Positions 9,527-21,524 are shown, counted from the first letter of the stretch. The stretch is 64,000 bases of DNA from an uncultured Thermoleophilia bacterium (GCA_963715985.1 CAVQSP010000011.1:96001-160000); one strand, 5' to 3'. Notes: generated by a model from the sequence alone, not told the origin. Program-made: numbers and translations.

Positions 9527-10978
9527 ATGGCGGCCGAACCGACCGTCGCCTCAGGAGGTCTCGACAACCTGTTCCACTTCAAGAAGTGGGGCACCAGCCT
9601 CACGCGCGACATGCTCGCCGGGCTCACGACGTTCATCGTCATGTCCTACATCATCTTCGTGAACCCGAACATCCTGGGCCTCGAAGGCAAGGGTCTCCCC
9701 TTCGCCGCGGCGCTCACGTCCACCTGTCTCGTGGCCGGCGTCATGACGATCATCATGGGCGCGTTCACGAACCGCGCCTACGCCATCGCCCCGGGCATGG
9801 GCCTCAACGCCGTGGTGGCCTTCAGCCTGGTCCTCGGCCAAGGCCTCACGTTCCCGGAGGCGATGGGCCTCATCTTCCTCGAAGGCGTCGCCATCCTCAT
9901 CCTCGTGCTCACCGGCTTCCGTGAGGCCATCTTCAAGGCCATCCCGCTGGAGCTGAAGAAGGCCATCGTCATCGGCATCGGCTTCTTCATCCTCTTCATC
10001 GGGCTGGTCGACGGCGGCATCGTGGTGGTCGGCAGCGGCACCCCGTTGACGCTCGGCACCTTCGTCGGCGTGCCGGTGGTGGTCACCATCTTCGGCCTCG
10101 TCATCACCATCATCATGCTGACGCTGCGCTGGCGCGGCGCTGTGATCCTCGGCATCATCTTCTCGACCGTCTTCGCGATGATCCTCAACTACGCCTACGA
10201 CAAGACATCGTTCGCCGAGGGCATCGCCGTCGTCCCCAGCAAGATCGTGGCCATGCCCGACTTCAGCCTGCTGGGCCAGTTCGACTTCGGCGCCTTCAGC
10301 AAGCTCGGCGTGACGGCGGCCATCCTGTGGATCTTCAGCCTCATGCTGTCGGACTTCTTCGACACCATGGGCACGCTCGTCGGCGTGGGCGGCCAGGCCG
10401 GCTACCTCGACGAGAAGGGCCACCTCAAGAAGCTCAACCGCCTGCTCGCCATCGACTCCATCGCCGCCATCGCCGGCGGCGCCGCCTCCTCGTCCTCCGC
10501 GACGACCTACATCGAGTCGGGGGCCGGCGTGGCCGCCGGCGGGCGCACGGGCATGGTGAGCATCGTCGTCGGCGTCCTGTTCCTGCTGGCCATGTTCTTC
10601 TCGCCCATTGCGGGCATCGTACCGGCCAGTGCGACGGCGCCGGCCCTCATCATCGTCGGCTACCTGATGATGGCGACGCTCACCGAGGCCGAGACCGAGG
10701 CCGAAGACGAGGAGTCGGGACGCGGCTTCGTGAGGCGCGCCGTCTCCGGCATCGACTTCGGCGACATCGCCTTCGGCATCCCCGCCGTGCTCACGATGAC
10801 CATCATGCCGCTCACCTACAGCATCACGAACGGCATCGGCTTCGGGTTCATCTCGTACACCTTGATCCGCATCTGCCAGGGCAAGACCAGGGAGGTCAGC
10901 TGGATGCTGTGGATCGCCACCGCGGGCTTCATTCTGTACTTCCTCGTGCCGCTGTTCCAGGCCAAGGGCTGGGTCTGA
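9527..10978 (+). CDS. NCS2/AzgA-family purine permease
   Basis: AGLTTF, APGMGLNA, DFFDTMGT, TYIESGAGVAAGGRTG, MPLTYSITNGIG; AAAGGAG RBS. Confidence 0.93.
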   Translation: MAAEPTVASGGLDNLFHFKKWGTSLTRDMLAGLTTFIVMSYIIFVNPNILGLEGKGLPFAAALTSTCLVAGVMTIIMGAFTNRAYAIAPGMGLNAVVAFSLVLGQGLTFPEAMGLIFLEGVAILILVLTGFREAIFKAIPLELKKAIVIGIGFFILFIGLVDGGIVVVGSGTPLTLGTFVGVPVVVTIFGLVITIIMLTLRWRGAVILGIIFSTVFAMILNYAYDKTSFAEGIAVVPSKIVAMPDFSLLGQFDFGAFSKLGVTAAILWIFSLMLSDFFDTMGTLVGVGGQAGYLDEKGHLKKLNRLLAIDSIAAIAGGAASSSSATTYIESGAGVAAGGRTGMVSIVVGVLFLLAMFFSPIAGIVPASATAPALIIVGYLMMATLTEAETEAEDEESGRGFVRRAVSGIDFGDIAFGIPAVLTMTIMPLTYSITNGIGFGFISYTLIRICQGKTREVSWMLWIATAGFILYFLVPLFQAKGWV

Positions 10979-11069
10979 GTCACCTCTGAGGGCCGCCTGC
11001 CGGCGGCCGTCAAGACCGGGGGCCGGCCGCCGCAGGCGGCCGGCCCCTTCTGCTATCCTTGCCGCCGTC

Positions 11070-12069
11070 ATGTCGGTCCTCCTCCTCATCTTCGCGCTCG
11101 GCATCATCTTGCTGTCGGCCGAGCTGTTCACCAACGGCGTGGAGTGGTTCGGGCGCCGCTACGAGCTGGGCGAGGGCGCGGTCGGGAGTGTGCTCGCGGC
11201 CGTGGGCACCGCTCTGCCGGAGACCCTGGTGCCCATCATCGCCATCGTCTTCACGGGCAGGCCAGGCGGCCGACGACGTCGGCATCGGCGCCATCCTCGG
11301 GGCGCCGTTCATGCTCTCGAGCCTCGCCATGCTCGTGACCGGCGGCGGCCGTGGTGATCTTCTGCGTGGCGCGGCCGCCGCAAGCCGGCACGTCACCATC
11401 AACGAGGGCGTGATGCGCCGCGACCTCAGCCACTTCCTCATCGCCTACGCGCTGGCGATGGGCGCCGGCCTCGTCGCACGTGCGCACGCTGCACTACGCG
11501 CTCGCCGCCGGACTGCTCGTCTTCTACGGCTACTACGTGTGGGAGACGATGCGCGCGGAGGGCGACCTCGGCGACGACTGCAAGCCACTGTACTTCCACC
11601 GGCATCCGGAGATGCCGCATCGCTACCGCATCTTCACCCAGATCGGCGTCGCCATCCTGGGCATCGTGCTCGGGGCAGAGATCTTCGTGCACGAGGTCCA
11701 GCTGCTCAGCGAGACGCTGGGCGCGGCGCCCCTCGTGGTCTCGCTGCTCATCACGCCCATCGCCACCGAGCTGCCCGGAGAAGTTCAACTCGGTGCTGTG
11801 GATCCGCCAGAAGAAGGACACGCTGGCGCTGGGCAACATCACCGGCGCGATGGTCTTCCAGAGCACCTTCCCGGTGTCGATCGGTCTCGATCTTCACCAC
11901 GTGGCAACTGACCGAGACGGGCCTCGTCAGCGGTGTGCTCGCGCTCGTCAGCGGCACCGTGTTCTACCTCACCCTGCGCTTCAGGCACACGCTGACCTGG
12001 TGGTCGCTGGGCGGCGCGGGGACGGTGTACGCCGCCTACCTGGTGTACGTCTTCGGCTTCGCCAAGTAG
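11070..12069 (+). CDS. Sodium:calcium (CaCA, YrbG-like) antiporter, several frameshifts
   Basis: GTALPET, GAILGAPF, PIATELPE(K)FNS and ALGNITGAMVFQ alpha-repeat motifs spread over different frames. Confidence 0.85.
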
Positions 12070-12128
12070 CGTGGCATGCGAAGGGCCGGGCGAGCGGCGA
12101 CGCCGCCCACCCGGCCCTGGAGCTGGTC

Positions 12129-14040
12129 CTACTTGGCGATGGTCAGCACGACCGTGGAGCCCTCCGCCACCACCGTGCCCGCGTCGGGCACCATCTTGAC
12201 GACGGTCCCCTGTGGCTGGCCGGTGCCGGGCCTCTGCTTGATGACCACGCCGAAGCCGGCGGCGTTGAGCTGGCTCGTCGCCGACGTGGAGTCCATTCCG
12301 TACACGTTGGGCACCTCGACGCCGCTGACCGTGGGGCTCGGCGTGGGCGTGGCCGTGGGTGTCGGCGTGCCGGACGAGATCACGATGTTCACGGCCGCAC
12401 CCTTGGCCACCTTGGTCCCGGCGACCGGGTCCTGACGGATGACCTGTCCGGCCGGCACCGACGTGCTTGTCTCCTGGTCCACGCTGCCCAGGGTGAGCTT
12501 GGCGTCGGTGAGCGCCTGCTGGGCGTCCGCCTGGGTGAGGCCGGTGAGCACCGGCACCGCCACCTGCGGCTCGCCGCTGCAGACCCAGTATGTGACCACG
12601 TCGCCGCGCCTGACGTCCGTGCCGGCGGCGGGCTCCTGCTTGTACACCTGGCCCTGCGGCACCGCCGACGTCTTGCCGGACTTCTGCAGGCCGCTCAGGC
12701 CGTTCTGCTTGAGGTAGTCCTGGACCTCCTGCGGCGACCACCCCGTGAAGTCCTCGAGGGCCAGCGTCTCGGAGCCCTTGCTCACCCACAGGTCCACGGT
12801 CTCGCCCTTGGCCAGCTCGGTGCCGCCCGTGGGCGCCTGCCGGCTGACCACGCCCTTGTCGTACTTGTCGGAGAACTCCTCCTGGACGCTGGCCTTGAAC
12901 CCGGCCTGTTCCAGTGTGGACACGGCGACGCTCTGCGTCTTGCCGACCACGGAGGGCACCGGCTCTCCCCCGCCGCCGCCCATCACGCGGATGAGGCCGT
13001 AGGCGGCGGCCGCGATCACCAGCAGCAGGATGACGATGACGACGATCCACGGCCAGCGGCGACGGGGCGGCCGCCGCTCCGTGCCGTAGGGACCGGGGGC
13101 CATCATCGAGGTGGCGCCGGCGGCGGCTCCCGCGGCGGCGCCGGAGACGCCGGCGCCCATGAGCCGCGTGGCCTCGGCCGAGGAGTCGAAGCGCGGCCGC
13201 CGCGACCGGCCCGCCCTCGGCGGCGGAACGCAGGTCGCGGGCGAACTGGCCGGCCGTCTGATACCTCAGGTCCGGGTCCTTGGCGATGGCTTTGAGCACG
13301 ATCTGGTTAAGGGAGTACGGCAGCCCGGGGACCAGCTGCGCGGGCTCCGGAGCCATCTCGTTGACGTGCTTGAGGGCCACCGTTACGGCGCTGTCGCCCT
13401 TGAACGGCACCGTGCCGGTGAGCATCTCGTAGAGGACGATGCCCACCGAGTAGAGGTCCGAGCGCTCGTCCACCTGCATGCCGCGGGCCTGCTCCGGCGC
13501 GAGGTACTGGGCGGTCCCGAGGATCGAGCCCACCTCGGTCATGCCGGAGTCGCCGGCGCGGGCGATGCCGAAGTCCATGACCTTGACGTTGCCGCCGCGG
13601 TCCAGCATCACGTTCTGCGGCTTGATGTCGCGGTGCACGATGCCCTCGCGGTGGGCGAACTCGATGGCCGCCAGCAGCTGCAGGCCGATGCGCACGGCGT
13701 CGTTGCCGCCCAGCCTGCCCTGGCGGCGGATGAGCTCCTTGAGCGTCTCGCCCTCCACATACTCCATGACGATGAAGTAGGTGCCGTCCACCTCTCCCCA
13801 GTCGTAGATGCTCACGAGGTTCGGGTGATTAAGGCCTGCCGCGGACTTGGCCTCACGGCGGAAGCGCTCGACGAAGGTCGGGTCGCTCAGGAAGCGCTGC
13901 AGGAGCACCTTGAGCGCCACCCGGCGGCCCAGGGTGAGGTCCTCGCAGAGATACACGTCGGCCATGCCGCCGCCGCCCAGCTTGCGCAGGACGCGGTAGC
14001 GGCCGCTCACCACCTGGTCTGGCTGGAACACGTCGCTCAC
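12129..14040 (-). CDS. pknB: Ser/Thr kinase with TM helix and PASTA repeats, frameshift near 13190
   Basis: GGGGMADVY, HRDIKPQN, DFGIA, GTAQYLAPEQ; TM and PASTA repeats in ORF 12129..13160. Confidence 0.93.
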
Positions 14041-14101
14041 GTCTCGTTACCTCGCTCGTCTAGCCACAGATACTGTCCCGGGCGCCGTCTCCCTGCCGCG
14101 G

Positions 14102-15541
14102 TCACGGCAGGGCAGGCTGCGCCAGTGCTGTCTTGATCACGTCGGCGGCGAGCGGCGCAGCCGCCTCGCCGCCGGTCGATTGCGTGTCCTCGATGACCAC
14201 GGCGATGGCCACCGTGGGGTCCTCCGCCGGGGCGAAGGCGATGAACCACGCCAGGTTGGTGCCGTCTCCGACCTCCGCCGTGCCGGTCTTGCCGGCCACC
14301 TGGATGCCCTCGAGCGCCGCGGCCGTGCCCGTGCCGGCGTTGACCACGCGCTGCATCATCATGTTGAGCGTGCTCGCCGTGGCCGCGCTCATCGCCACCT
14401 TCCACTGCCTCGGCGTGGCCTTCTCCACCACGGTACCGGAGGCGGACACGATCTCCTGCGTGTAGTAAGGCGCCATGACGCGGCCGCCGTTCGCCACACC
14501 GGCGGCCACGAGCGCCATCTGCAGCGGCGTGGCGAGGAGCTGCTCCTGGCCGCACGCCGCCCAGGCCACCGCCAGCGGATCCATGAACGCGTCCGGCGAC
14601 AGCAGACCCTTCTTGCCGTAGCGGCCGCTGGGCACGACTTCGCCGGAGGGCAGCGGCAGCGGCGGGGTCGAGTAGAAGCCGAAGCGCTGCGACGCGGCGA
14701 TGAGGCGTTTGCGCCCCACCAGATTGCCGACCTTGCCGAACGTCGTGTTGATGGAGTAGGTGAGGGCGGTGGTGAAGTCGTTCTTGCCGAACACCGCCCC
14801 GCCGTAATTGGTCACGGTGCCGCCGAAGACGACGTAGGTGCCCGTGTCCACGAACTCGGTGTCCGGCGTCACCCTGCCGCTCTCCAGCCCGGAGGTGGCG
14901 GTGACCGCCTTGAAGGCCGAGCCCGGCGTGTAGAGCCCCTGGGTCGGCCGGTTGAGAAGCGGCGCGTCGGTCTCACTGCTGAGGCGCGCCCACTGCTCTT
15001 CGAGGTTGGCCGGGTCGTAGGTGGGCGCCGAGGCCGAGGCGATGAGGGCGCCGGTGGTGGGATCGAGCACCACGATGGCGCCCTTCTGGCCGGAGAGGGC
15101 CTTCTGGGCCTCCTTCTGCACGGCCGGCACGATGGTCAGCTTGACGGTGGCGCCCTTGGGCTTGCGCCCGAGCAGCCGGTCCACCCAGTTCTGCACGCCG
15201 AGATCCGTGGACTGGCCGGTGAGGGCGTCGTTGAGCTCCGCCTCGATGCCGCTGCGCCCGTAGCGCACGCTGTCGTAGCCGACGAGCTGCGGCGCCAGCG
15301 TGCCCTGTGGGTAGTAGCGGTAGTAGTAGCCGGAGCGCCGCTGCGAGCCCACGACCGTGGAACCGTCGAAGCCCAGGATGTCGCCGCGCTTGATCTTCAT
15401 CTCCTTGGCGATGCCGAGCCGGTTCTCCGGGCGGTCGGCGTACCACTGGGCCCGCCCCGCCATGATCCACGTGAGATTGACGATGAGCGCCGCGAAGAGC
15501 ACGACCCCGACGATGAAGATGCGCGCGATGGCCTTGTTCAC
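14102..15541 (-). CDS. pbpA: Class B penicillin-binding protein
   Basis: PGSAFK (SxxK), SIN (SxN), KTGT; synteny. Confidence 0.92.
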   Translation of the reverse strand: MNKAIARIFIVGVVLFAALIVNLTWIMAGRAQWYADRPENRLGIAKEMKIKRGDILGFDGSTVVGSQRRSGYYYRYYPQGTLAPQLVGYDSVRYGRSGIEAELNDALTGQSTDLGVQNWVDRLLGRKPKGATVKLTIVPAVQKEAQKALSGQKGAIVVLDPTTGALIASASAPTYDPANLEEQWARLSSETDAPLLNRPTQGLYTPGSAFKAVTATSGLESGRVTPDTEFVDTGTYVVFGGTVTNYGGAVFGKNDFTTALTYSINTTFGKVGNLVGRKRLIAASQRFGFYSTPPLPLPSGEVVPSGRYGKKGLLSPDAFMDPLAVAWAACGQEQLLATPLQMALVAAGVANGGRVMAPYYTQEIVSASGTVVEKATPRQWKVAMSAATASTLNMMMQRVVNAGTGTAAALEGIQVAGKTGTAEVGDGTNLAWFIAFAPAEDPTVAIAVVIEDTQSTGGEAAAPLAADVIKTALAQPALP

Positions 15542-15550
15542 GGCCGCCCC

Positions 15551-16873
15551 CTACCCGCGCTCCGCCAGGCGCCGGCGCTCGAGGTCGGTGCCCCCACGCA
15601 CCACGTTGGCGCGGTGGGAGATCATGAGCAGCAGGGCCACGAGCATGAGGTTGGCGGTGATGGAGCTGCCGCCGTAGCTCACGAACGGCAGCGTGATGCC
15701 GGTGAGCGGGATGAGGCGCGTCACGCCGCCGAGGATGATGAAGGTCTGCAGGCCGAAGGCGAAGGCCAGGCCGGCGGCCAGGAGCTTGGAGAAGCCGTCG
15801 GGCGCCCACACGGCGATGCGAAAGCCCCGCCACATGAAGAGCAGATACACGAGGATGATGCCGACGGCGCCGAGCAGGCCCATCTCACTGGCCACGGCGG
15901 CGAAGATGAAGTCGGTCTGCAGGTCCGGCACCACGGGCTGGTGATTGGCGTAGAGCAGGAAGCCGCGCCCGAAGCCGGCCCCCAGGATGCCGCCGTCGGC
16001 GATGGTGAACAGCGACTGCAGCAGCTGGTAGCCCGTGGTGGAGGCGTGCGGCCACGGGTCGAGCCACACGCTGAAGCGGTCGTTGACGTGCGGCACGAGG
16101 AAGACGGCCACGGCGGCGGCGGCGGCAAACAGCCCGGCGCCGAGCACCACGTACACGATACGCGTGGTGGCCATGTACATCAGCCCCACGAAGATGGACA
16201 TGAACAGCAGGGCCATGCCGAAGTCCTTCATGAAGACGAGCATGGCCAGCGAGAGCACCCACATGATGAGCAGCGGGCCGAAGTACTTGTAGGCCGGCAG
16301 CGGCACCCCGAGCAGGTGATGCGTGGGCACCGAGAGCAGCACCTTCTTGTCGTTCAGGTAGCCGGCGAGAAAGATGACGATGGCGAGCTTGGCGAACTCG
16401 GAAGGCTGGATGGAGAAGCCGAAGGCGTGGATCCACAACTTGGAGCCGTTCACGGTAGTCCCCAGCGCGATCGTCACCACGAGCAGGGCGAGGCCGAGGG
16501 CGCCGATGAGGTAACGATACCGGTCGAGGCGGGCGTGGTCGCGGACCACGACGATGGTGAGCACGAAGAGCGCCGCCCCGACGAGGAGCCACTGGCCCTG
16601 CGTGAGGGCCAGCGACGGGCGGATGCGGAAGATCTCCGTGAGCCCGACGGCGGCCAGCAGGGCGGTGATCGGCAGCAGGAACGAGTCCGCCTGCGGCAGC
16701 AGGAAGCGCACCAGCAGGTGCAGGAGGAAGAAGATGGCGACGAAGACCAGGCCGTAGATGATGGAGACGCGGTTGATCTCGCGAAAGCGGCCCGCGTAGA
16801 CGGACACGTAGGCCATGGTACTGACGGCGCCGGCGATGACGAGGAACAGCAGTTCCACGTTGCGCCGGCTCAA
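15551..16873 (-). CDS. rodA: SEDS family protein RodA/FtsW
   Basis: QPSEFAK, DFG, TDFIF, PLTGITLPFVSYGGSS. Confidence 0.92.
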   Translation of the reverse strand: MSRRNVELLFLVIAGAVSTMAYVSVYAGRFREINRVSIIYGLVFVAIFFLLHLLVRFLLPQADSFLLPITALLAAVGLTEIFRIRPSLALTQGQWLLVGAALFVLTIVVVRDHARLDRYRYLIGALGLALLVVTIALGTTVNGSKLWIHAFGFSIQPSEFAKLAIVIFLAGYLNDKKVLLSVPTHHLLGVPLPAYKYFGPLLIMWVLSLAMLVFMKDFGMALLFMSIFVGLMYMATTRIVYVVLGAGLFAAAAAVAVFLVPHVNDRFSVWLDPWPHASTTGYQLLQSLFTIADGGILGAGFGRGFLLYANHQPVVPDLQTDFIFAAVASEMGLLGAVGIILVYLLFMWRGFRIAVWAPDGFSKLLAAGLAFAFGLQTFIILGGVTRLIPLTGITLPFVSYGGSSITANLMLVALLLMISHRANVVRGGTDLERRRLAERG

Positions 16874-18236
16874 GGGCTCATCCCCAGATAGGTGGCGAGG
16901 GCGAGCGCGTCGCCGCGACCGCGCAGAGCCCGCTCGTCCACGAGCTGCCGCTGTTCCGGCGAGAGCGTGGCGTAAGCGACGGAGCTGCGCCGGTACACAG
17001 CGTGAAGGTGCAGCGGCCCCACGTTGGCGGGCAGGCCGCTGTACAGGGCCAGACGGCCGTCGTCGACGCCCACGTAGTAGACGGTGCTCAGGGTGACGGC
17101 GCCGCCGATGCCGAGCAACACAAGCAGGGCGAGCACGACGGTGAGGCAGCCGAGCCCGCGGCGGCGTGGCTCCGCGGGAGAGGCCGCGTCCGGGAGCTCG
17201 GGGACGGGGTGCACCGGTGCGGCCGGCGGCTCGCGGCGGCGGCGATCGCGGCCTCGACCTCCTCGACCGGGATCTCGCCGGTGTCCTCGTCGTCGTCCGG
17301 GTCGTCGCCGGCGGTGGTGGCCGCTACGGCAGCCCCCGCGGCCGCGACGACCGTATCGCCGAACGGCGCGGGCTCGACCAGGCCGGCCGCGGCCGCCGTC
17401 GCAGCGCCGGCGACGGCGCCGCCCTCGGCACCGGGCCCGGGCGCGAGCGGCGCCGGTGCCGGCTCCGCCACGGTGACGGCCTCGTCGGCGGAGACCGCCA
17501 GCGTGACTTCGTCGTCGTCGCCTACCGCGCCCGGGTCGGGCGTCTCGAGCCGCACCACGACGGCCGTGATGTTGTCGGGACCGCCCTGTTTGCGCGCCTC
17601 GGCGATGAGCCGGCGCGCGGCCTCGTCCGGGTCCGACCGGCCCAGCGCCTTCGCCAGCTGCACGGCGTCCACGACGCCGCTGAGGCCGTCGCTGCAGAGC
17701 AGCAGCACGTCGCCGCCGCGCAGGTCCACCTCGAACTCGTCGATGCGCACGGACGGCTCGGTGCCCAGGGCGCGGCTGAGGATGCTGCGGTGGGGGTGGG
17801 TGGCCGCCTCCTCTTCGGTCAGGCGGCCCTCCCGCACCATCTCCCCGACCAGCGAATGATCGTCGCTGAGCTGCTGCAGCTCTCCCTCGCGGAGCAGGTA
17901 GGCACGGCTGTCCCCGATGTGCACGAAGTGGGCGACGGCAGCCTCCAGCACGAACGCCGTGAGTGTGGTGCCCATGCCGCTGTGGTCGACGTCGCCGCTG
18001 GCGCGCGCGTACACGGCGGTGTTGGCGGCCTCCGCGGCGGCGAGCAGGGGCTGCCCCGCCGCCACCTCCGCGGCCAGCGTCTCCGACGCCAGGGCACTGG
18101 CCACCTCGCCGGCCTGCGCTCCGCCCATGCCGTCGCACACCGCGAACAGCGGCGGAGCGACGACGTAGGCGTCCTCGTTGGTCTTGCGGTGCAGGCCGAT
18201 GTCGGTGAGGGCGCCTGGGCGGGCGACGAGCGTCAC
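16870..18236 (-). CDS. pstP: PP2C Ser/Thr phosphatase with acidic/Ala-rich linker and TM, frameshift near 17230
   Basis: NED, CDGMGG, GMGTT, GDSRAY, CSDGL, GGPDNIT; TM and YYVG extracellular part in a second frame. Confidence 0.9.
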
Positions 18237-18243
18237 CGGCGCT

Positions 18244-18789
18244 TCACTCCTCGAAACGGAAGACGGTCTCGCCGATACGCACCCGGCTGTCCGGCTTGAG
18301 CTGCGCTTCGGTGACCTGTTTCTCGTTCACGAACGTGCCGTTGGTGCTACCCAGGTCCTCGACGTAGTAGAACTGGCCGCGCGGCACGAAGCGTGCGTGA
18401 GTGCTGGACACGAAGTGCTCGTCGAGCACGATGTCGCTGGTGCGGGCGCGGCCCACCGTGACCCATCCTTCAAGCGGGAACATCACGCCCGGAGGGACGA
18501 TCGTGCTCTGCTCGACGATCAGTCGAGGGTCGATGTGCCCGGAGAAGTCGAGCTTCTCACCGGCCACGGTGCGCTCCGAGAGGCGCTCCTCGCGGCGCGC
18601 GTCGCGCTCCGCCGGCGTGTACGTCGCCAGCGCCCGCGTCCCGTCCGGCAGCGCCACGTCGGGCGCCGCGACCGCGGCGCCCGCCGGCGTGCGCACGTTA
18701 CCTACGGCCGTCCTGACCACCTGCCAGATGAACAGGTAGAGCAGCACGAGGATGCCTATCTTGAGGACGAGCAGGACGATGTCGATCAT
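18244..18789 (-). CDS. fhaB: Membrane-anchored FHA protein
   Basis: N-terminal TM, GR...VSSTHA...DLGSTNGT. Confidence 0.88.
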   Translation of the reverse strand: MIDIVLLVLKIGILVLLYLFIWQVVRTAVGNVRTPAGAAVAAPDVALPDGTRALATYTPAERDARREERLSERTVAGEKLDFSGHIDPRLIVEQSTIVPPGVMFPLEGWVTVGRARTSDIVLDEHFVSSTHARFVPRGQFYYVEDLGSTNGTFVNEKQVTEAQLKPDSRVRIGETVFRFEE

Positions 18790-18852
18790 GGGCGTCTCCC
18801 GCAGCGCGGGCGGCCGCGTGGCACAGCGGCCGCGTTCACCTCGGCGCCGGCG

Positions 18853-19662
18853 TCACGGCAACCTCTCGAACATCAGCTCCGTGGTGCCCAGCTCGATGCG
18901 GTCGCCGTGCTGCAGCACGGCCTGCTTGACGTCGCGCCGATTGAGGCGCGTCCCGTTGGTGGAGCCGAGGTCGCGCAGCATGAAGCCGTCGTCCTGGCGC
19001 CGGATCTCGGCGTGCTGGCGCGAGACGTTGGGGTCGGCGAGCACGATGCCGCAGCGCCGGCTGCGGCCGAGCACGGTGACCGCTTCGTTGAGCTCCCACT
19101 GGCCCTGTGGGCCGCGCAGCGCGGCGCGCATGGTGCTCCCCCGAGGCGGGGCAGGGGCGGCGGCCGCGACAGGCGCCGCCAGAGGCGCGGCCTCCTGATA
19201 CAGCACCGTCTGGTCGAGCAACGGGCCGGCGCCCTGCGGGGCCGCGGCTGGGGCGGCCGGCGGCACGTAGGCCGCGCCGGGCGCCTCGAGCGGCGCGTTG
19301 ACCGTGCGCGTGGCGATGCCGAACTCGCCCACGCGCAGGTCGTCGTCACAGTGCAGGTCGATGCGCGGCGGGGCCACCAGCGTCCAGCCCTCGCGCCGCG
19401 CGAAGGCGGTGACGTAGTTGGACAGCTCCGACTTGAGAGCGTCCGAGAATGCCGAGAGCTGCGTGTAGTCGGCCTCGCCGAGGTACACGTCGAACTCGTT
19501 GGGCACGTAGACGTTGGAGACTCCGACCGTCTTGTGGTCGCCCATCTCCTTGGCGAGCTTGTGCGCCAGCTCCACCGGTTGCACGCTCGACTTGAAGGCG
19601 CGTCCGAAGCCGCCTTCCACGAAGCCCTCGAGCTTCTTCTCAGCTTTCCTGAAGATCCCCAT
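18853..19662 (-). CDS. fhaA: DUF3662 + FHA protein
   Basis: VQPVELAHKLAKEM, VPNEF, GRS..SRQHA..DLGSTNGT. Confidence 0.9.
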   Translation of the reverse strand: MGIFRKAEKKLEGFVEGGFGRAFKSSVQPVELAHKLAKEMGDHKTVGVSNVYVPNEFDVYLGEADYTQLSAFSDALKSELSNYVTAFARREGWTLVAPPRIDLHCDDDLRVGEFGIATRTVNAPLEAPGAAYVPPAAPAAAPQGAGPLLDQTVLYQEAAPLAAPVAAAAPAPPRGSTMRAALRGPQGQWELNEAVTVLGRSRRCGIVLADPNVSRQHAEIRRQDDGFMLRDLGSTNGTRLNRRDVKQAVLQHGDRIELGTTELMFERLP

Positions 19663-21342
19663 CGTCGCGTTCCTCCGGCGCTTCTCCCGGCGTCAGGACC
19701 AGGAGAAAGAGTATCACGGCCGCGGCGAGTGCCACGTTCAGGACGAGCGGTGTGAGGGTCGCAGGGTACCCCCACACGGCCACGGGCACGATGCGGTACG
19801 CGCAGAACACGGCGGCGAAGGCAAAGGCCCAGACCCAGAGACGGGTCTCGAGGCGGCGGCGCGAGAGCGCGAAGCCCACCGCTGCCGCCAGCCCGGCCCA
19901 CACGACGACCTGCAGGAGCGCGGCGGGCGCGATCGCCACCCCGGCGACGTGGGCCGCAGCGCTGAACGGGTCGCCTGCCGCGGCGGCCTCGGCGCCGACC
20001 CTCCAGCGCGGCTGGAACAAGGTGAACGGCCCGCGCGGGGCGCGCAGGAGGAGCAGGTACACGAGCGTGCCGGCGCCGGCCCAGGCGGCGGCCAGCGGGC
20101 CGCGGATGCGGCCCAGCAGAGCCGCCCCCGCCGGCGCCAGCAGCGTGAGGTAGAACGGCGAGAGCACGAGGGCGAGCGTTGGCCACAGCGCGACGATGGG
20201 CCGGCTGCGCGTGAGCAGGAACAGCGCCACGGCGAAGACGAGGTAGGCCACGCCCAAAGAGAGCGACACGTTGAGCACCGGGAAGGCGAGGGCCCCCAGC
20301 AGGAAGGCCAGCCCGGCCTGCGGCACCACCGCCCAGCAGGCGGTGGCGACGGCCACGATGGGTAGGGTCCAGGTAGGTGGATAGGCCGGCAGCGCGGCCA
20401 GTACCACTCCGCTTGTGACCGCGGCCAGGGCCGCCCCACCGGCGCGCTCCACGACCACGCCGGTGCGGAGCAGGGGCCGCAGCATGCGCTGGACGCCCAG
20501 CAGACGACGGGTGTGCAGGCGGCCGCTGTGCAGGAGGTCGTCCAGCGCCCCTCCCAGATCGGCAGCCGTCGGCCGGTCGCCGGGGCGCGGCGCGCAGGCG
20601 TCGTCGATGAGGTCGACCATGGCGGCCGGCAGGTCCGGGCGCAGCGTGCGCAGCGACGGCAGGCGGCCGGCGGCCACGTTGGAGAGGGTCTCGGCCGGGG
20701 TCTGCCCGCGGAGCGGGTGCTGCCCGGCCAAAGCTCGAACAACACCATGCCGGCCGAGTACACGTCGCTGGGCGGCCCCACCCGGCGGCCTGATGCCTGC
20801 TCCGGCGACATGTACGCCACGGTGCCGATGACGTCGCCGTCCTGCGTGAGCGTGTCGGCGTCCAGCAGGCGCGCGATGCCGAAGTCCATGACTTTGACGT
20901 GGCCGTCGTGGTTGAGCATCACGTTCTGCGGCTTGACGTCACGGTGGATGATGCCCTGGCTGTGGGCGAAGGCGAGCGCGTCGAGCAGCTCCACGCCCAG
21001 CGCGGCCACGTCGGCGTCGCCGAGCTTGCCGGAGAGCTTGTCCAGGGAGTCGCCGTCGACAAGCTCCCACACCAGTACCGTGCGCTCGCCGTCCCCGAAC
21101 CAGTCGTACAGGGCGACGATGTTGGGATGCGAGAGCGCCGCGGCGGCCTCGGCCTCGCGCGCCACACGGCTGGAGACGCCGCGGCGCTCGGGGACGATCT
21201 TGAGAGCGACCCGCCTTTCGAGCACGATGTCGCGGGCCGCGTAGACATCGGCGAAGCCGCCGCTGCCGATCCTCTGGAGGTCCTGGTAGCGGTCGCGCCA
21301 ATCGGCATACAGGGGCGTCGTACTATGTGCTGCGGCGGGCAT
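19640..21342 (-). CDS. Ser/Thr kinase fused to a multi-TM C-terminal domain, frameshift near 20730; start uncertain
   Basis: GSGGFADVY, HRDVKPQN, DFGIA, YMSPEQ; continues as AGQHPL then many hydrophobic helices. Confidence 0.88.
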
Positions 21343-21411
21343 GCGGCGGGCGGGGTCCTTTGCCGTTTGGTCGGTATTCGGTGTGGTACAATCCGAACCC
21401 TGTACGAGCTC

Positions 21412-21498
21412 GGGCGAGTGGCGGAATTGGCAGACGCGCTAGGTTCAGGGTCTAGTGCACTTACGTGCGTGCGGGTTCAAGTCCCGCCTCGCCCACCA
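21412..21498 (+). tRNA. tRNA-Leu(CAG)
   Basis: GGGCGAG/CTCGCCC acceptor, CTAGG-TTCAGGG-TCTAG anticodon arm, long variable arm, GGTTCAAG, CCA. Confidence 0.97.
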
Positions 21499-21524
21499 TC
21501 TTCCTGACGACGGGGGTCCGCGGA

